Positions 9,620-19,276 of a stretch of 64,000 bases of DNA are shown here, in pieces; the first letter of the stretch is position 1, and every line of letters starts with the position of its first letter. The notes beneath the pieces were generated by a model that made no database searches, was not told the origin of the DNA, and worked only from the letters and a program-made list of their open reading frames with translations. Position numbers and translations under genes: made by a program. Source of the stretch: Candidatus Obscuribacteraceae bacterium (GTDB lineage Bacteria > Cyanobacteriota > Vampirovibrionia > Obscuribacterales > Obscuribacteraceae); NCBI GenBank assembly GCA_044226015.1, contig JBGAHS010000002.1, forward strand, positions 883,435 through 947,434. Reading direction: 5' to 3'.

Positions 9620-9655
9620 AAGGAGGTCGTCCGCAGCCGACCTCCTTTCCTTTTT
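9620..9655 (+). terminator. Intrinsic terminator-like hairpin with no plus-strand CDS upstream
   Basis: Perfect 10-bp stem AAGGAGGTCG/CGACCTCCTT followed by TCCTTTTT. Confidence 0.6.
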
Positions 9656-9859
9656 GCCTGCTAAAAATTCCAATTTCTCTGTTGGAAATGATGACGTTAG
9701 TATTGCGATACGGAGAAACGAAAACTTTGGCCGGTAGGAGCGGCGCTTGCCGCTCGAAAAAAAGCACGGGCGGCAATCGCGCGCTCCTACCGTTCAGGCT
9801 TGCCTTTGCAAAGCTGCCATCAATTACCACGACACTATTTTTCACGAAGGGGAAGGCTC

Positions 9860-10453
9860 ATGAAGACAAGCCTTACAACGATTTTTTCACTGTCTATAGC
9901 GGCTATTCTGATTATCGCTATACCGCCAGCTCCCTCGCTTGCCGATGACAGTGAAGATGAGCAAGCAACGGAGAGCGCTGATGAAAGAGACGAAAACGCG
10001 GCTCCGATCGCCGCTGCCGCCGGACAAAAGCCGCAGGTGAACAAGACAGCGACACATTCTCCGGAAGAAATCGCAAAAGCGCTTCAATCTTGTGAGCAGG
10101 CAATCAATAAGTTCAAGGAAATGGGTGTGGGAGTTGCCCCGTTTGAATCGGTCACTGCACAAGCACACGGCCTTCTTGAGGCAAATCAAATCGGCGAGGC
10201 AGAAGAACTTACTTTCGCGCTGAAGCACTCACTTGAAGATCAGCAGCGGCGCTTCTATGCTAACAAAATTCAAGTCTGGCACAATCAGGTTAAACTTCAA
10301 CAGGAAGAAATGAAGAAAAAGAAAGGACATAACTTAGTAAGCGCAAGCTCACCGAGCACCAAATCTGGTGGCAACCTGGCAAAAGGAGCACATGGTGTTC
10401 TTTCTCGGGCTGACGCTAAGTACACACCGCTGATTTATCCTATAGCCCGGTAG
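9860..10453 (+). CDS. Secreted hypothetical protein
   Basis: Purine-rich RBS; Sec-type signal peptide MKTSLTTIFSLSIAAILIIAIPPAPSLA. Confidence 0.75.
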   Translation: MKTSLTTIFSLSIAAILIIAIPPAPSLADDSEDEQATESADERDENAAPIAAAAGQKPQVNKTATHSPEEIAKALQSCEQAINKFKEMGVGVAPFESVTAQAHGLLEANQIGEAEELTFALKHSLEDQQRRFYANKIQVWHNQVKLQQEEMKKKKGHNLVSASSPSTKSGGNLAKGAHGVLSRADAKYTPLIYPIAR

Positions 10454-10460
10454 GCGAAGC

Positions 10461-11453
10461 TTACTGATTTGCCTGATGCTGAGCCAAAATCTCGTGCACT
10501 GCTTTATGCATATGCGCGCGCACTTCTTCATCTTGCCATTTGACCATGTCATCCAGACTGGCATTCTTTGCTATTTCAGTCACGAGTAAATAGCCCAATC
10601 CATAGCCGAAATGCAGAGGCACGCACTTTTCTTTTTGCTCTTGCTCAAAAAAGCGCGCTTGAATCTTGCCAGCGCGGTCGTCCTCATCAAGATGTTTTGT
10701 GAGTTCACTAGCCATCGCCGGTAGTGCAAGTCGAGTTTGCGCAAGTAACTTGTCGTCAAAGAACAAATCTTTTTCCGATGCATGTGGCGAAAGATGCTTA
10801 GCAGCGTAAATAGCCAGCCCCTCGACCCACAAACGGCTGTGTAGTTTCTCAAAGCGGCAATAGTGCTGTGCATGATACACGCGAAATAATTGCTCATCTA
10901 CGAATGGTTCAAGATTATCAACATGTCTTTGTTTGGCCAAAACATCCACTGCAAAACAAACTAAAACTCTGCTATTCACAAGAGGTGCAAACTCGGGAGA
11001 GTAGCCCAGACAGTGAGCTATATAAAAATTGAGGTCTTCCGTATGAAAATCAGAAAAGCGATGCTCAAATTTCTGTATGTATGCCCCTAAATGACTTCGC
11101 AACTCCTTGTGCAGACTCTCAAATCGCGACCGTATACCGGGAAATTGCGCACAATTGTCATCTAGCAACTTTTGCTTTTCCACATGCAAAGCATGCTTAA
11201 AATGATGAAAAATCACTTCGCTGTAAAGTTCTGGAGCCCTATTCACCACCTGTTGGTAGAAATCAACGCTCCTGTCATGCTCAGCCACCGAAGCACTTTT
11301 CTGGTAAAAAACCAAAAAGTCCTCTGCAAGATCTTTTATTTTTACGGCTGTTGTTTTCACCCCAGCCAGGTGATGAGTAGACATAAGGGCTGAGGTGCTG
11401 CTCGAATTACTGTCTGCAATTTTTGGACCTGCAGCTTTAACACCACTTGTCAT
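10461..11453 (-). CDS. DUF2268-like zincin-fold protein with degenerate active site
   Basis: LWVEGLAIYA and GYGLGYLLV motifs retained; expected HExxH reads DEQLFRVYH; start uncertain. Confidence 0.55.
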   Translation of the reverse strand: MTSGVKAAGPKIADSNSSSTSALMSTHHLAGVKTTAVKIKDLAEDFLVFYQKSASVAEHDRSVDFYQQVVNRAPELYSEVIFHHFKHALHVEKQKLLDDNCAQFPGIRSRFESLHKELRSHLGAYIQKFEHRFSDFHTEDLNFYIAHCLGYSPEFAPLVNSRVLVCFAVDVLAKQRHVDNLEPFVDEQLFRVYHAQHYCRFEKLHSRLWVEGLAIYAAKHLSPHASEKDLFFDDKLLAQTRLALPAMASELTKHLDEDDRAGKIQARFFEQEQKEKCVPLHFGYGLGYLLVTEIAKNASLDDMVKWQDEEVRAHMHKAVHEILAQHQANQ

Positions 11454-11659
11454 GAAAAAAGGAAAACGCAAGCAAAGCGGATACTAGTTTTGAATGCAAA
11501 CGTTTACCTCAAAATGAAAAATCCATAACACCAAATACATTATATATATTGGAGGTGGATTAATATGCGACAATTCCATAGATTTTGAAACGAGAATTGA
11601 AAAACAAAGCCGCTTGACGGCTTTGCTGTTTGAGCACGACTACACAAAAGGTTGATTCC

Positions 11660-13099
11660 ATGAATACAACGGTTCAATCGTCTCCTAGAAATCTGGAAGC
11701 TTTGAAAGCGCTAGAGGAGAGCATAATACGTGACCTCGAGCTTGAAGACTACCCAAAACGAGACTGGGTATTCGAGCGCGTCAGCTCAAGCGGACAGAAA
11801 ATTCTAGATGTTCTAATCATAGGAGCCGGTCAAGGCGGGCTTGCAGCAGCTTTCGCTCTCATGCGCGAAAAAGTCAAAAACATTTTGCTGGTTGACGAAA
11901 ATCCAGAGGGCAGGGAAGGTCCCTGGCTTAATTTCGCACGAATGCACACGTTGCGCACTCCAAAATATATAACAGGACCTGACCTCGGCTTTCCAAATTT
12001 AACTCCTCGTCACTGGTATGAGACGGTTTTTGGCAAAGACACTTGGGACCAACTCACATTGATTCCCAAAGAACACTGGGCTGAATACCTACAGTGGTAT
12101 CGCAAAGTACTGAACATTCCAGTTCGAAACTTGACACAAGCTGGCTCGATAGAGTGGAACAGCAAAGAAAACTGCTTCAACATACCACTCACGGATAAAG
12201 TCAGCGGCAAAGAAGAAATAGCCTTGGCAAGAAAGGTGGTTCTTGCAACGGGCATCGATGGCTCTGGACGCTGGGACGTGCCTCAAATGATCAGCGACAA
12301 TATTGCAAGAACTCATTACGCTCATACTCGTGATGAAATAGATTTTGATCATTTGAAAGGAAAAAGTATCGCAGTACTCGGTGCCGGAGCATCTGCGTTC
12401 GATAATGCCTCTGTTGCTATGGAGACAGGCGCAAAAGAGATTCACCTGTTTTACAGGAGAGAAGACTTACCAAATATCAACCCTTACAGATGGGCGGAAT
12501 TCGTCGGCTTCCTCAAGCACCATGGCGACCTTCCAGACCACATGAAGTGGAAGTTCATTCTGGAAATTCTGAGAATGGGACAGCTTCCTCCAACAGACAC
12601 GTTCCTTCGCGCGACGAAAAATCCTAACTTCTTGATGCACGGCGGTTATGTTTGGAATTCGCTAAAACAAAACAATGGAACAGTGGAAATTACGACGAAC
12701 AAAGAAACCTTCAACGTTGACTATGTAATTGTCGGAACGGGTTGCGTCACAGACCTGACCTTCCGCCCAGAACTGAATAAAGTCTATGACAAAATCGCCC
12801 TGTGGAAAGATCGATATACACCACCCAAAGAGGACTATAACGGCGACCTTTTGAGACACCCATACCTCGGCGCTTCATGCGAATTCACTGAAAAAGTTGC
12901 TGGTGAAGCACCTTACCTGAACTCGCTATTTAACTTCACTTTTGGTGGCTTACTCAGCCTGGGCTTTGCAGGTTCAAGTATTTCAGGCATGAAATACAGT
13001 GTACAGAGATTGGTTTCAGGCATCACAAAACAACTTTATTTCGAAGACGCAGAAAAGTATTACGAGCAACTCAAATCGTTCGATGTGAGGGAATTTTAG
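11660..13099 (+). CDS. hpyO: FAD-dependent urate hydroxylase, HpyO-like flavoprotein monooxygenase
   Basis: GAGQGG and GAGASA Rossmann motifs, ARMHTLRTPK and LATG; first gene of the allantoin operon. Confidence 0.75.
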   Translation: MNTTVQSSPRNLEALKALEESIIRDLELEDYPKRDWVFERVSSSGQKILDVLIIGAGQGGLAAAFALMREKVKNILLVDENPEGREGPWLNFARMHTLRTPKYITGPDLGFPNLTPRHWYETVFGKDTWDQLTLIPKEHWAEYLQWYRKVLNIPVRNLTQAGSIEWNSKENCFNIPLTDKVSGKEEIALARKVVLATGIDGSGRWDVPQMISDNIARTHYAHTRDEIDFDHLKGKSIAVLGAGASAFDNASVAMETGAKEIHLFYRREDLPNINPYRWAEFVGFLKHHGDLPDHMKWKFILEILRMGQLPPTDTFLRATKNPNFLMHGGYVWNSLKQNNGTVEITTNKETFNVDYVIVGTGCVTDLTFRPELNKVYDKIALWKDRYTPPKEDYNGDLLRHPYLGASCEFTEKVAGEAPYLNSLFNFTFGGLLSLGFAGSSISGMKYSVQRLVSGITKQLYFEDAEKYYEQLKSFDVREF

Positions 13100-13101
13100 T
13101 T

Positions 13102-14538
13102 ATGAGCGAGAAAACTTCATTTGGTCTCTATAGCAAGAATGTCTACACTCCAGAAGGAGTAAGAGAAGCTGTTGTCGTAATAAATGAGGGAAAGATTTCG
13201 GACATCATTGCGCCAGAGCTTGCTCATCCTGATTGTCAAATCGAAGATTTGAGCGAACTGTGTTTGATGCCTGGTCTCATCGACAGCCACGTACACGTAA
13301 ACGAACCTGGCAGAACTGAATGGGAAGGGTTTCGCACAGCGACTCGCGCTGCCGCCGCAGGTGGTATCACAACAATCGCAGACATGCCTCTCAATTGCGA
13401 CCCAGTAACCACGACTGCAAAAGCTTTCCAAACCAAACTCGACGCCTTAAAAGGCTCAAGCAAAAGCAAATCGAAGAAGGCAAAAGCTAGCGAAACAGCC
13501 AGCGACGCGGATGAAGAAGATAAGCTCTGGGTGGACTGTGCCTTCTATGGCGGCGTCGTCCCCGGCAACAGTGGCGAACTCGAAAAAATGATAGAAATGG
13601 GAGTTAAGGGCTTCAAGTGCTTCTTAATTCATTCTGGAATTGATGAATTCCCAAATGTCACAGAAAAAGATTTGCGCGAAGCTATGCCAATCTTAGCTAA
13701 GCATAAAATCCCCTTGCTGGTACATGCGGAACTCGATTGTGGACAGTGCCATGAAGAAGAGTGGGCAGACCCTCGCTCATACAAATCATTCTTAGCCTCC
13801 CGTCCACGCAAGTGGGAAAATGACGCTATTGAAATGATGATCAATCTCTGCCGCGAATTTGGTGGACCAGTGCACATTGTGCATCTTTCATCATCTGACG
13901 CACTGACACAGATTTCACAGCTAAAACGTGATGGGCTGCCATTTACAGTAGAAACTTGCCCACATTATCTGAGCTTCGAAGCAGAGAATATTCCCGATGG
14001 AGACCCGCGATTTAAGTGTGCACCTCCTATTCGAGAAGCTGAAAATAGAGAGAAGCTCTGGCGTGGTCTTACCGCAGGGCTCATCGACTTTGTCGTTAGC
14101 GACCATTCCCCATGCGTTCCAGACAAGAAATTCCTTCCAGAAGGAGACTTGAAGAGAGCCTGGGGAGGAATTTCCTCACTGCAATTCGGACTTCCAGTCA
14201 TTTGGACTGAAGCGCAAAAGAGAAAGTTGGACCTGACAGATCTCGTAGAGTGGATGTGTGCTCGACCAGCTAAATTTCTGGGCTTGCAAGATCGAAAAGG
14301 CGCAATCAAAGTGGGCTACGATGCAGACCTGATCGCATTTGACCCGAAGGCTGATTTCAAAATCAACAAAGAAATCATTCAGCACAAACACAAAGTAACT
14401 CCCTATGAGGGCAAAGAATTAAAAGGCCTAGTCCGCAAGACTTATGTCAGAGGGCGCCTGGTGTACGAAAACGGGAAATTAACCACACATGCCAGTGGTG
14501 ACCAATTACTGCAAAAACGAGTGGAGATAAATGCATAA
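13102..14538 (+). CDS. allB: Allantoinase
   Basis: DSHVHVNEPGRTEWEGF, GFKCFL, ETCPHYL, FKCAPPIR, SDHSP and AWGGISSLQ. Confidence 0.95.
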   Translation: MSEKTSFGLYSKNVYTPEGVREAVVVINEGKISDIIAPELAHPDCQIEDLSELCLMPGLIDSHVHVNEPGRTEWEGFRTATRAAAAGGITTIADMPLNCDPVTTTAKAFQTKLDALKGSSKSKSKKAKASETASDADEEDKLWVDCAFYGGVVPGNSGELEKMIEMGVKGFKCFLIHSGIDEFPNVTEKDLREAMPILAKHKIPLLVHAELDCGQCHEEEWADPRSYKSFLASRPRKWENDAIEMMINLCREFGGPVHIVHLSSSDALTQISQLKRDGLPFTVETCPHYLSFEAENIPDGDPRFKCAPPIREAENREKLWRGLTAGLIDFVVSDHSPCVPDKKFLPEGDLKRAWGGISSLQFGLPVIWTEAQKRKLDLTDLVEWMCARPAKFLGLQDRKGAIKVGYDADLIAFDPKADFKINKEIIQHKHKVTPYEGKELKGLVRKTYVRGRLVYENGKLTTHASGDQLLQKRVEINA

Positions 14539-15611
14539 TGGACAAAAATGCGATTCTAGATGCTGCTGCATTTACAGGCACTATCGACCTCGCTTCAGAA
14601 CGGGTTGGCGGCAAAGTTCTCTATGCCAATGACGAATTCTTTGCAGAGAAAGAGAATTTGATAAAGCCAGGTCGCGGTGTTTTCATTGCTGACAAATACA
14701 CTGAGCGTGGCAAATGGATGGATGGCTGGGAAACCAGGCGCAAACGCACTCCTGGGCACGACTGGTGCATATTGAGACTTGGTATTGCTGGACAGATTCA
14801 CGGGGTCGACATCGACACAAATCACTTTCTTGGTAATAACCCAGCTTATGCCTCGATTGAAGCAGCAGAATTACACACGGATGTGCTGGTCTCAGAGCTG
14901 ATTTCAGATTCATTCGAATGGGTTGAAATACTTCCACGCATTCCGCTGAAACCTGGTGCTCAAAATATTTTTGCCGTGACCAGCAAAGAACGATGGACCC
15001 ACCTGCGTTTGAACATATATCCAGATGGAGGTGTAGCACGCTTCCGTGTCCACGGAGAGCCGGTTCCAGACTGGAGTCGCATTGGCGAAAACCAGGAAAT
15101 CGATCTTATCGCGGTAGAGAATGGTGGCAAAGTTCTGTGCGCCAGTGATATGTTTTTTGGAAACAAAGACAACATGATTATGCCTGGCCGAGCCGAAAAC
15201 ATGGGCGATGGATGGGAAACAAAACGTCGCCGTGGACCAGGTTTTGATTGGTCAATAATCAAGCTGGGACATGAAGGCGTGCTCAAGAAAGTTGAAATTG
15301 ACACAAATCACTTTAAAGGTAATTACCCTGACAGTTTCTGGCTGGAAGGTACATATGCGCCTGATGCGGACATATCGCTTCTTAATTGGAACCAATTCGA
15401 ATGGAAACCAATTCACGAACAGACGAAGCTGCAAGCGCACCATCAACACTTTTATGATGTGAAACAAGAACACCAGGGTCCGTGGACACATTTGCGACTG
15501 AGTATCGCGCCAGATGGTGGCGTGAGCCGCTTCCGTGCATTCGGCATGCCACATAGTACACACCACACACAGAAGGAAGAGGCAAAAAGTGGGGCTAAGT
15601 CCGTTAAATAA
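14538..15611 (+). CDS. alc: Allantoicase
   Basis: Duplicated DGWETRR/DGWETKRR, IDTNHF and PDGGV[AS]RFR motifs. Confidence 0.95.
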   Translation: MDKNAILDAAAFTGTIDLASERVGGKVLYANDEFFAEKENLIKPGRGVFIADKYTERGKWMDGWETRRKRTPGHDWCILRLGIAGQIHGVDIDTNHFLGNNPAYASIEAAELHTDVLVSELISDSFEWVEILPRIPLKPGAQNIFAVTSKERWTHLRLNIYPDGGVARFRVHGEPVPDWSRIGENQEIDLIAVENGGKVLCASDMFFGNKDNMIMPGRAENMGDGWETKRRRGPGFDWSIIKLGHEGVLKKVEIDTNHFKGNYPDSFWLEGTYAPDADISLLNWNQFEWKPIHEQTKLQAHHQHFYDVKQEHQGPWTHLRLSIAPDGGVSRFRAFGMPHSTHHTQKEEAKSGAKSVK

Positions 15612-16092
15612 CGCAAGCAATGCAGAAGCATATCGAAGCCTGGTTCGCTGCTGTGGAGCCGAGAAGTGGGTTGAAGCGATGCTGAACGCACGCCCGTACA
15701 CGTCGATGGACGACCTCTATGACAAAGCAGAGCGTTTTCTGGATGCTCTGGGCGAAGAAGATTGGAGAGAAGCTTTTTCACACCATCCAAAAATCGGCGA
15801 TTTGCATGTATTGCGACAGAAGTTCAACACCACAGCAACATGGGAAGCAGGAGAGCAGTGTTCAGTTGCAACAGCAACTGAGGACCTACTCCGTGAGCTG
15901 CACGAATACAATGTCAGATACGAAGACAAGTTCGGCTACATCTTCATCATTTGCGCCACCGGGCGTAGCGCAGAGTCCATGTTGGACAATTTGAAACTGC
16001 GATTGCCTAACGACAAAGACAAAGAGCTGCAAATTGCAGCGAACGAACAGAAGAAAATTACACTTTTGAGATTGGAGAAACTATGCCAGTAA
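15589..16092 (+). CDS. uraD: OHCU decarboxylase
   Basis: EAFSHHPKIG, YEDKFGYIFIICATG and EQKKITLLRL; likely GTG start at 15589 overlapping the end of alc. Confidence 0.9.
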   Translation: MGLSPLNNASNAEAYRSLVRCCGAEKWVEAMLNARPYTSMDDLYDKAERFLDALGEEDWREAFSHHPKIGDLHVLRQKFNTTATWEAGEQCSVATATEDLLRELHEYNVRYEDKFGYIFIICATGRSAESMLDNLKLRLPNDKDKELQIAANEQKKITLLRLEKLCQ

Positions 16093-16430
16093 GCCCGATT
16101 ACAACGCATATTCTTGACACAGCAAAAGGTTGCCCGGCTGCCGGAGTTCCAATAAGAATTGAAATAGAAAGAAGCGGCAGATTTGAATTGATTGGCGAAG
16201 GCGTGACCAATGCAGATGGTCGAGTAATTGATCTTCTTCCTTACGATAGACCGCTCGAAACAGGGCGCTATCGCATGCGCTTCGACACGAATAGATACTT
16301 CAGCGATAACAAGATCGAAGGCTTCTACCCTTATGTTGAGGTCGTCTTCGACATCCTACAAGCAGAGCAGCATTATCATGTTCCTCTTCTTCTGAGCCCT
16401 TTCGGCTTCTCGACATATAGAGGCAGCTAG
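16083..16430 (+). CDS. uraH: 5-hydroxyisourate hydrolase, transthyretin-like
   Basis: ITTHILDT, TNADGR, HYHVPLLLSP and C-terminal YRGS. Confidence 0.97.
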   Translation: MPVSPITTHILDTAKGCPAAGVPIRIEIERSGRFELIGEGVTNADGRVIDLLPYDRPLETGRYRMRFDTNRYFSDNKIEGFYPYVEVVFDILQAEQHYHVPLLLSPFGFSTYRGS

Positions 16431-16582
16431 AGCTCAAACGCAGTTAATGAGCTAATTTCCAAGCTAGCGCTTTTCGTAACAATTTTAGAATCCAAGTAGC
16501 GAAAAGCTGCGTAATTTAGCGCAGTTCCAGCGAAATTCGGCTATGATTTCGGATCCAAAAATAAGCTCGGGGGTTGGAAATC

Positions 16583-17587
16583 ATGGCGACGACAGTGCAA
16601 ACAGATGCTGGACAGATGACTGCTGTCAAGAACTTTATCAAGCATCATTTCAGACACTTCAACGCTGCGGTAGTCATCGATGCTGCCGAAGCGTACAACG
16701 CGCACCTGAACAAAGGCGGCAAGATGTTCATGACTCTTGCTGGTGCGATGAGTACAGCTGAGCTTGGGCTGTCTCTTGCAGAGATGATTCGCCAGGACAA
16801 AGTACATGCAATTTGCTGCACTGGCGCAAATCTTGAAGAAGACATCTTCAATTTAGTGGCCCACGATAGCTATGTAAGAGTTCCCCACTATCGTCAACTG
16901 ACCCCACAGGAAGAGGTCGCCCTTCGCGAAAAGGGAATGAACCGCGTTACCGACACATGCATTCCAGAAGACACAGCCATTCGCGCAATTGAGCATCAGG
17001 TTCTCGACCTCTGGAAAGCCGCAGACAAAGAAGGAAAGCGCTATTTCCCTTATGAGTTCATGTATCAACTGATTCGCAACGGCAGCATTGAAAAGTCATA
17101 TCAAATCGACCCGAAAAACTCCTGGATGATCGCAGCCTGCGAAAAGAACATTCCAATCTTCACACCAGGCTGGGAAGATTCAACATTGGGCAACATCTTC
17201 GTTTCGCACGTATATTCTGGCGACCTGTCCAGCTACCAGATTTACAAATCTGGGCTGGAAGCAATGGCACAACTAATTGATTGGTACAAAGCTAACTCCA
17301 AAGACGAAAGCATAGGCTTCTATCAAATTGGTGGTGGCATCGCCGGTGACTTCCCGATTTGCGTTGTTCCCCTTATTCACCAGGATTTGCAAGAGAAGAG
17401 CTGCCGCTATTGGGGTTATTTCTGCCAGATTTCAGACAGCACCACTTCATACGGTAGCTACAGCGGTGCTGTTCCAAACGAAAAAATCACATGGGGCAAA
17501 CTGGAAATCGACACCCCGCGATTTGTAATTGAATCTGACGCATCGATAGTGGCACCACTCATGTTCGCTTACATACTTGGACAATAA
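16583..17587 (+). CDS. Deoxyhypusine synthase-like protein, probable polyamine/homospermidine synthesis
   Basis: TGANLEED, NRVTDTCIPE, IGGGIAGDF, GSYSGAVPNEKITWGK and SDASIVAPL. Confidence 0.88.
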   Translation: MATTVQTDAGQMTAVKNFIKHHFRHFNAAVVIDAAEAYNAHLNKGGKMFMTLAGAMSTAELGLSLAEMIRQDKVHAICCTGANLEEDIFNLVAHDSYVRVPHYRQLTPQEEVALREKGMNRVTDTCIPEDTAIRAIEHQVLDLWKAADKEGKRYFPYEFMYQLIRNGSIEKSYQIDPKNSWMIAACEKNIPIFTPGWEDSTLGNIFVSHVYSGDLSSYQIYKSGLEAMAQLIDWYKANSKDESIGFYQIGGGIAGDFPICVVPLIHQDLQEKSCRYWGYFCQISDSTTSYGSYSGAVPNEKITWGKLEIDTPRFVIESDASIVAPLMFAYILGQ

Positions 17588-17607
17588 TTCAAGCGGGGGA
17601 ACATAAA

Positions 17608-18111
17608 GTGACAGCGGAAGAATTGATTCAACTTCTAGGTTTAGAGCCCCTGCCCAGAGAGGGAGGCTATTTCCGACGCTCTTATTGTTGCAACGAAGAA
17701 ATTCCACAACCATCGATGCCTCATCGCTATCTGGTGGACCATCCTTTCGGAACTTGCATCTACTATCTTCTTACAAGAGATAGCTTCTCCCATTTTCACA
17801 GCTTACTATCTGATGAGATTTACCACTTCTACCTGGGCGACCCTGTTGAGTTGGTTGAACTGCACCCAAACGGCGAATGCAGCATCACAGTGCTGGGACA
17901 AGACATCCTGAATGGACAAAAGGTTCAACACGCAGTAATGCGCAACACGTGGCAAGCATCATATCTGCGACCGGGTGGAGACTGGGCGTTGCTTGGTTGC
18001 ACCGTAGCACCAGGCTACGACGATAACGACTTCCAGATGGGCAACTGGGAAAACTTACTGCGCACGCATCCGAAACACCATCAGATCATAATGAAGCTTT
18101 CCAGAAAGTAG
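17608..18111 (+). CDS. Cupin_5 (DUF985/YML079W-like) protein
   Basis: LEPLPREGGYFR, IYYLL, SHFH..SDEIYHFYLG and GCTVAPGY. Confidence 0.88.
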   Translation: MTAEELIQLLGLEPLPREGGYFRRSYCCNEEIPQPSMPHRYLVDHPFGTCIYYLLTRDSFSHFHSLLSDEIYHFYLGDPVELVELHPNGECSITVLGQDILNGQKVQHAVMRNTWQASYLRPGGDWALLGCTVAPGYDDNDFQMGNWENLLRTHPKHHQIIMKLSRK

Positions 18112-18257
18112 AATTCTGAGTAAGCGTTAAAGACGGAAAACACGAATGATCACGAGTGCAATGGATAACCAATGCGCTACTATTGTGCCGGGTTGAATTT
18201 GGAACGCAAGAGAAAGCGCTTCGCCGGGCTGGCATTGCAGTCATGTGGGGCGTCATC

Positions 18258-19235
18258 GTGGGCGATAGCTTTCTGCCGGATCCTTTAACCAGGGACACTA
18301 CCAACTTCCATTTACCAGATTCTCTGACCGGGGACTTCCATCTGCCAGATCCCCTGAGCAGGGACACTAACAACCTTCTACATCCGGATTTGCCGGAGTC
18401 TCTGTCTCGGGAGTTTTGTCGCTCTGCATTTCATTCAGGGGCACAAGCTCCTATAAATGGTGTGGTTCAGCTAACCGACAAAATGCTGGGCACAAAAATA
18501 CTTCCGCATGTGCAATTCGTTGACGGATGCCAGCACGCTGAGTTTATGACTCGACGCTGGCATGCGCAGCAGTTTGGCGTCTTGTTTGGAACAGCGGTCA
18601 ATCTGCTAGTACTGCAAAAGTGCGTCGGCACAGCAGGGGACAAACTTTTTGGACACATAGAAAACCTGCCCGCCAATCAAATGAAAATGGCACTGAGAAG
18701 CGTGGAAGAAGCGGCTGTTACAGGCTTCATCCACAACACTCTCTTTCGCCCTGTATACAGACACGAGGGCGATTACTGGCAGGCAAAATTAAATGCAGGA
18801 CTTGTTGGCGCCGGCACCTGGGCGTCACTGCAGGCTTCAGCGCTGGGAATCAAACGCCTCGGCAGAGGACAAGACAATTTGATGGGAGCCTTCTTGCGCA
18901 GCGAGATGGGCTCAACTTTGCTTTCCGGCGTTCCCGGAGGAATAGTGCAGGCTGAAATGAAAACGGCTTTGAGCGGCAAAGGCTGGGCTGATGGCAAAGA
19001 ACTCGCCGAATGCATTTACACTCAATCAATCTTGGGCGGACTCTGGGCAGGCGGCAAAGAAGCCATCGGCGGCGTGAGCAGCTCTGATACCAATTTGAAC
19101 ATACATATGAAGATTGCATCCCTAACTGCAAGAGGAAAGGAAATACCGCACGGTCTTCTTCAGTCTTCGCTTCCCTTGCCGAAAGACTATAGCCATCTGG
19201 CGAACCCTCCCATAATTCCCAAATTTGGAAAGTAA
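18258..19235 (+). CDS. Hypothetical Gly/Ala-rich helical protein with short N-terminal LPD repeats
   Basis: Long ORF; possible GTG start at 18258 (uncertain); several weakly hydrophobic Gly-rich helices. Confidence 0.6.
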   Translation: MGDSFLPDPLTRDTTNFHLPDSLTGDFHLPDPLSRDTNNLLHPDLPESLSREFCRSAFHSGAQAPINGVVQLTDKMLGTKILPHVQFVDGCQHAEFMTRRWHAQQFGVLFGTAVNLLVLQKCVGTAGDKLFGHIENLPANQMKMALRSVEEAAVTGFIHNTLFRPVYRHEGDYWQAKLNAGLVGAGTWASLQASALGIKRLGRGQDNLMGAFLRSEMGSTLLSGVPGGIVQAEMKTALSGKGWADGKELAECIYTQSILGGLWAGGKEAIGGVSSSDTNLNIHMKIASLTARGKEIPHGLLQSSLPLPKDYSHLANPPIIPKFGK

Positions 19236-19276
19236 AATTCGAGCTGTGTTAGGATGGAAATATCGAGGAGATCGCG

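Noticed and set aside
16583..17587. Eukaryote-like hypusination system
   Set aside because: DHS-like genes are widespread in bacteria and are generally linked to polyamine synthesis; no efp or DOHH-like gene is adjacent
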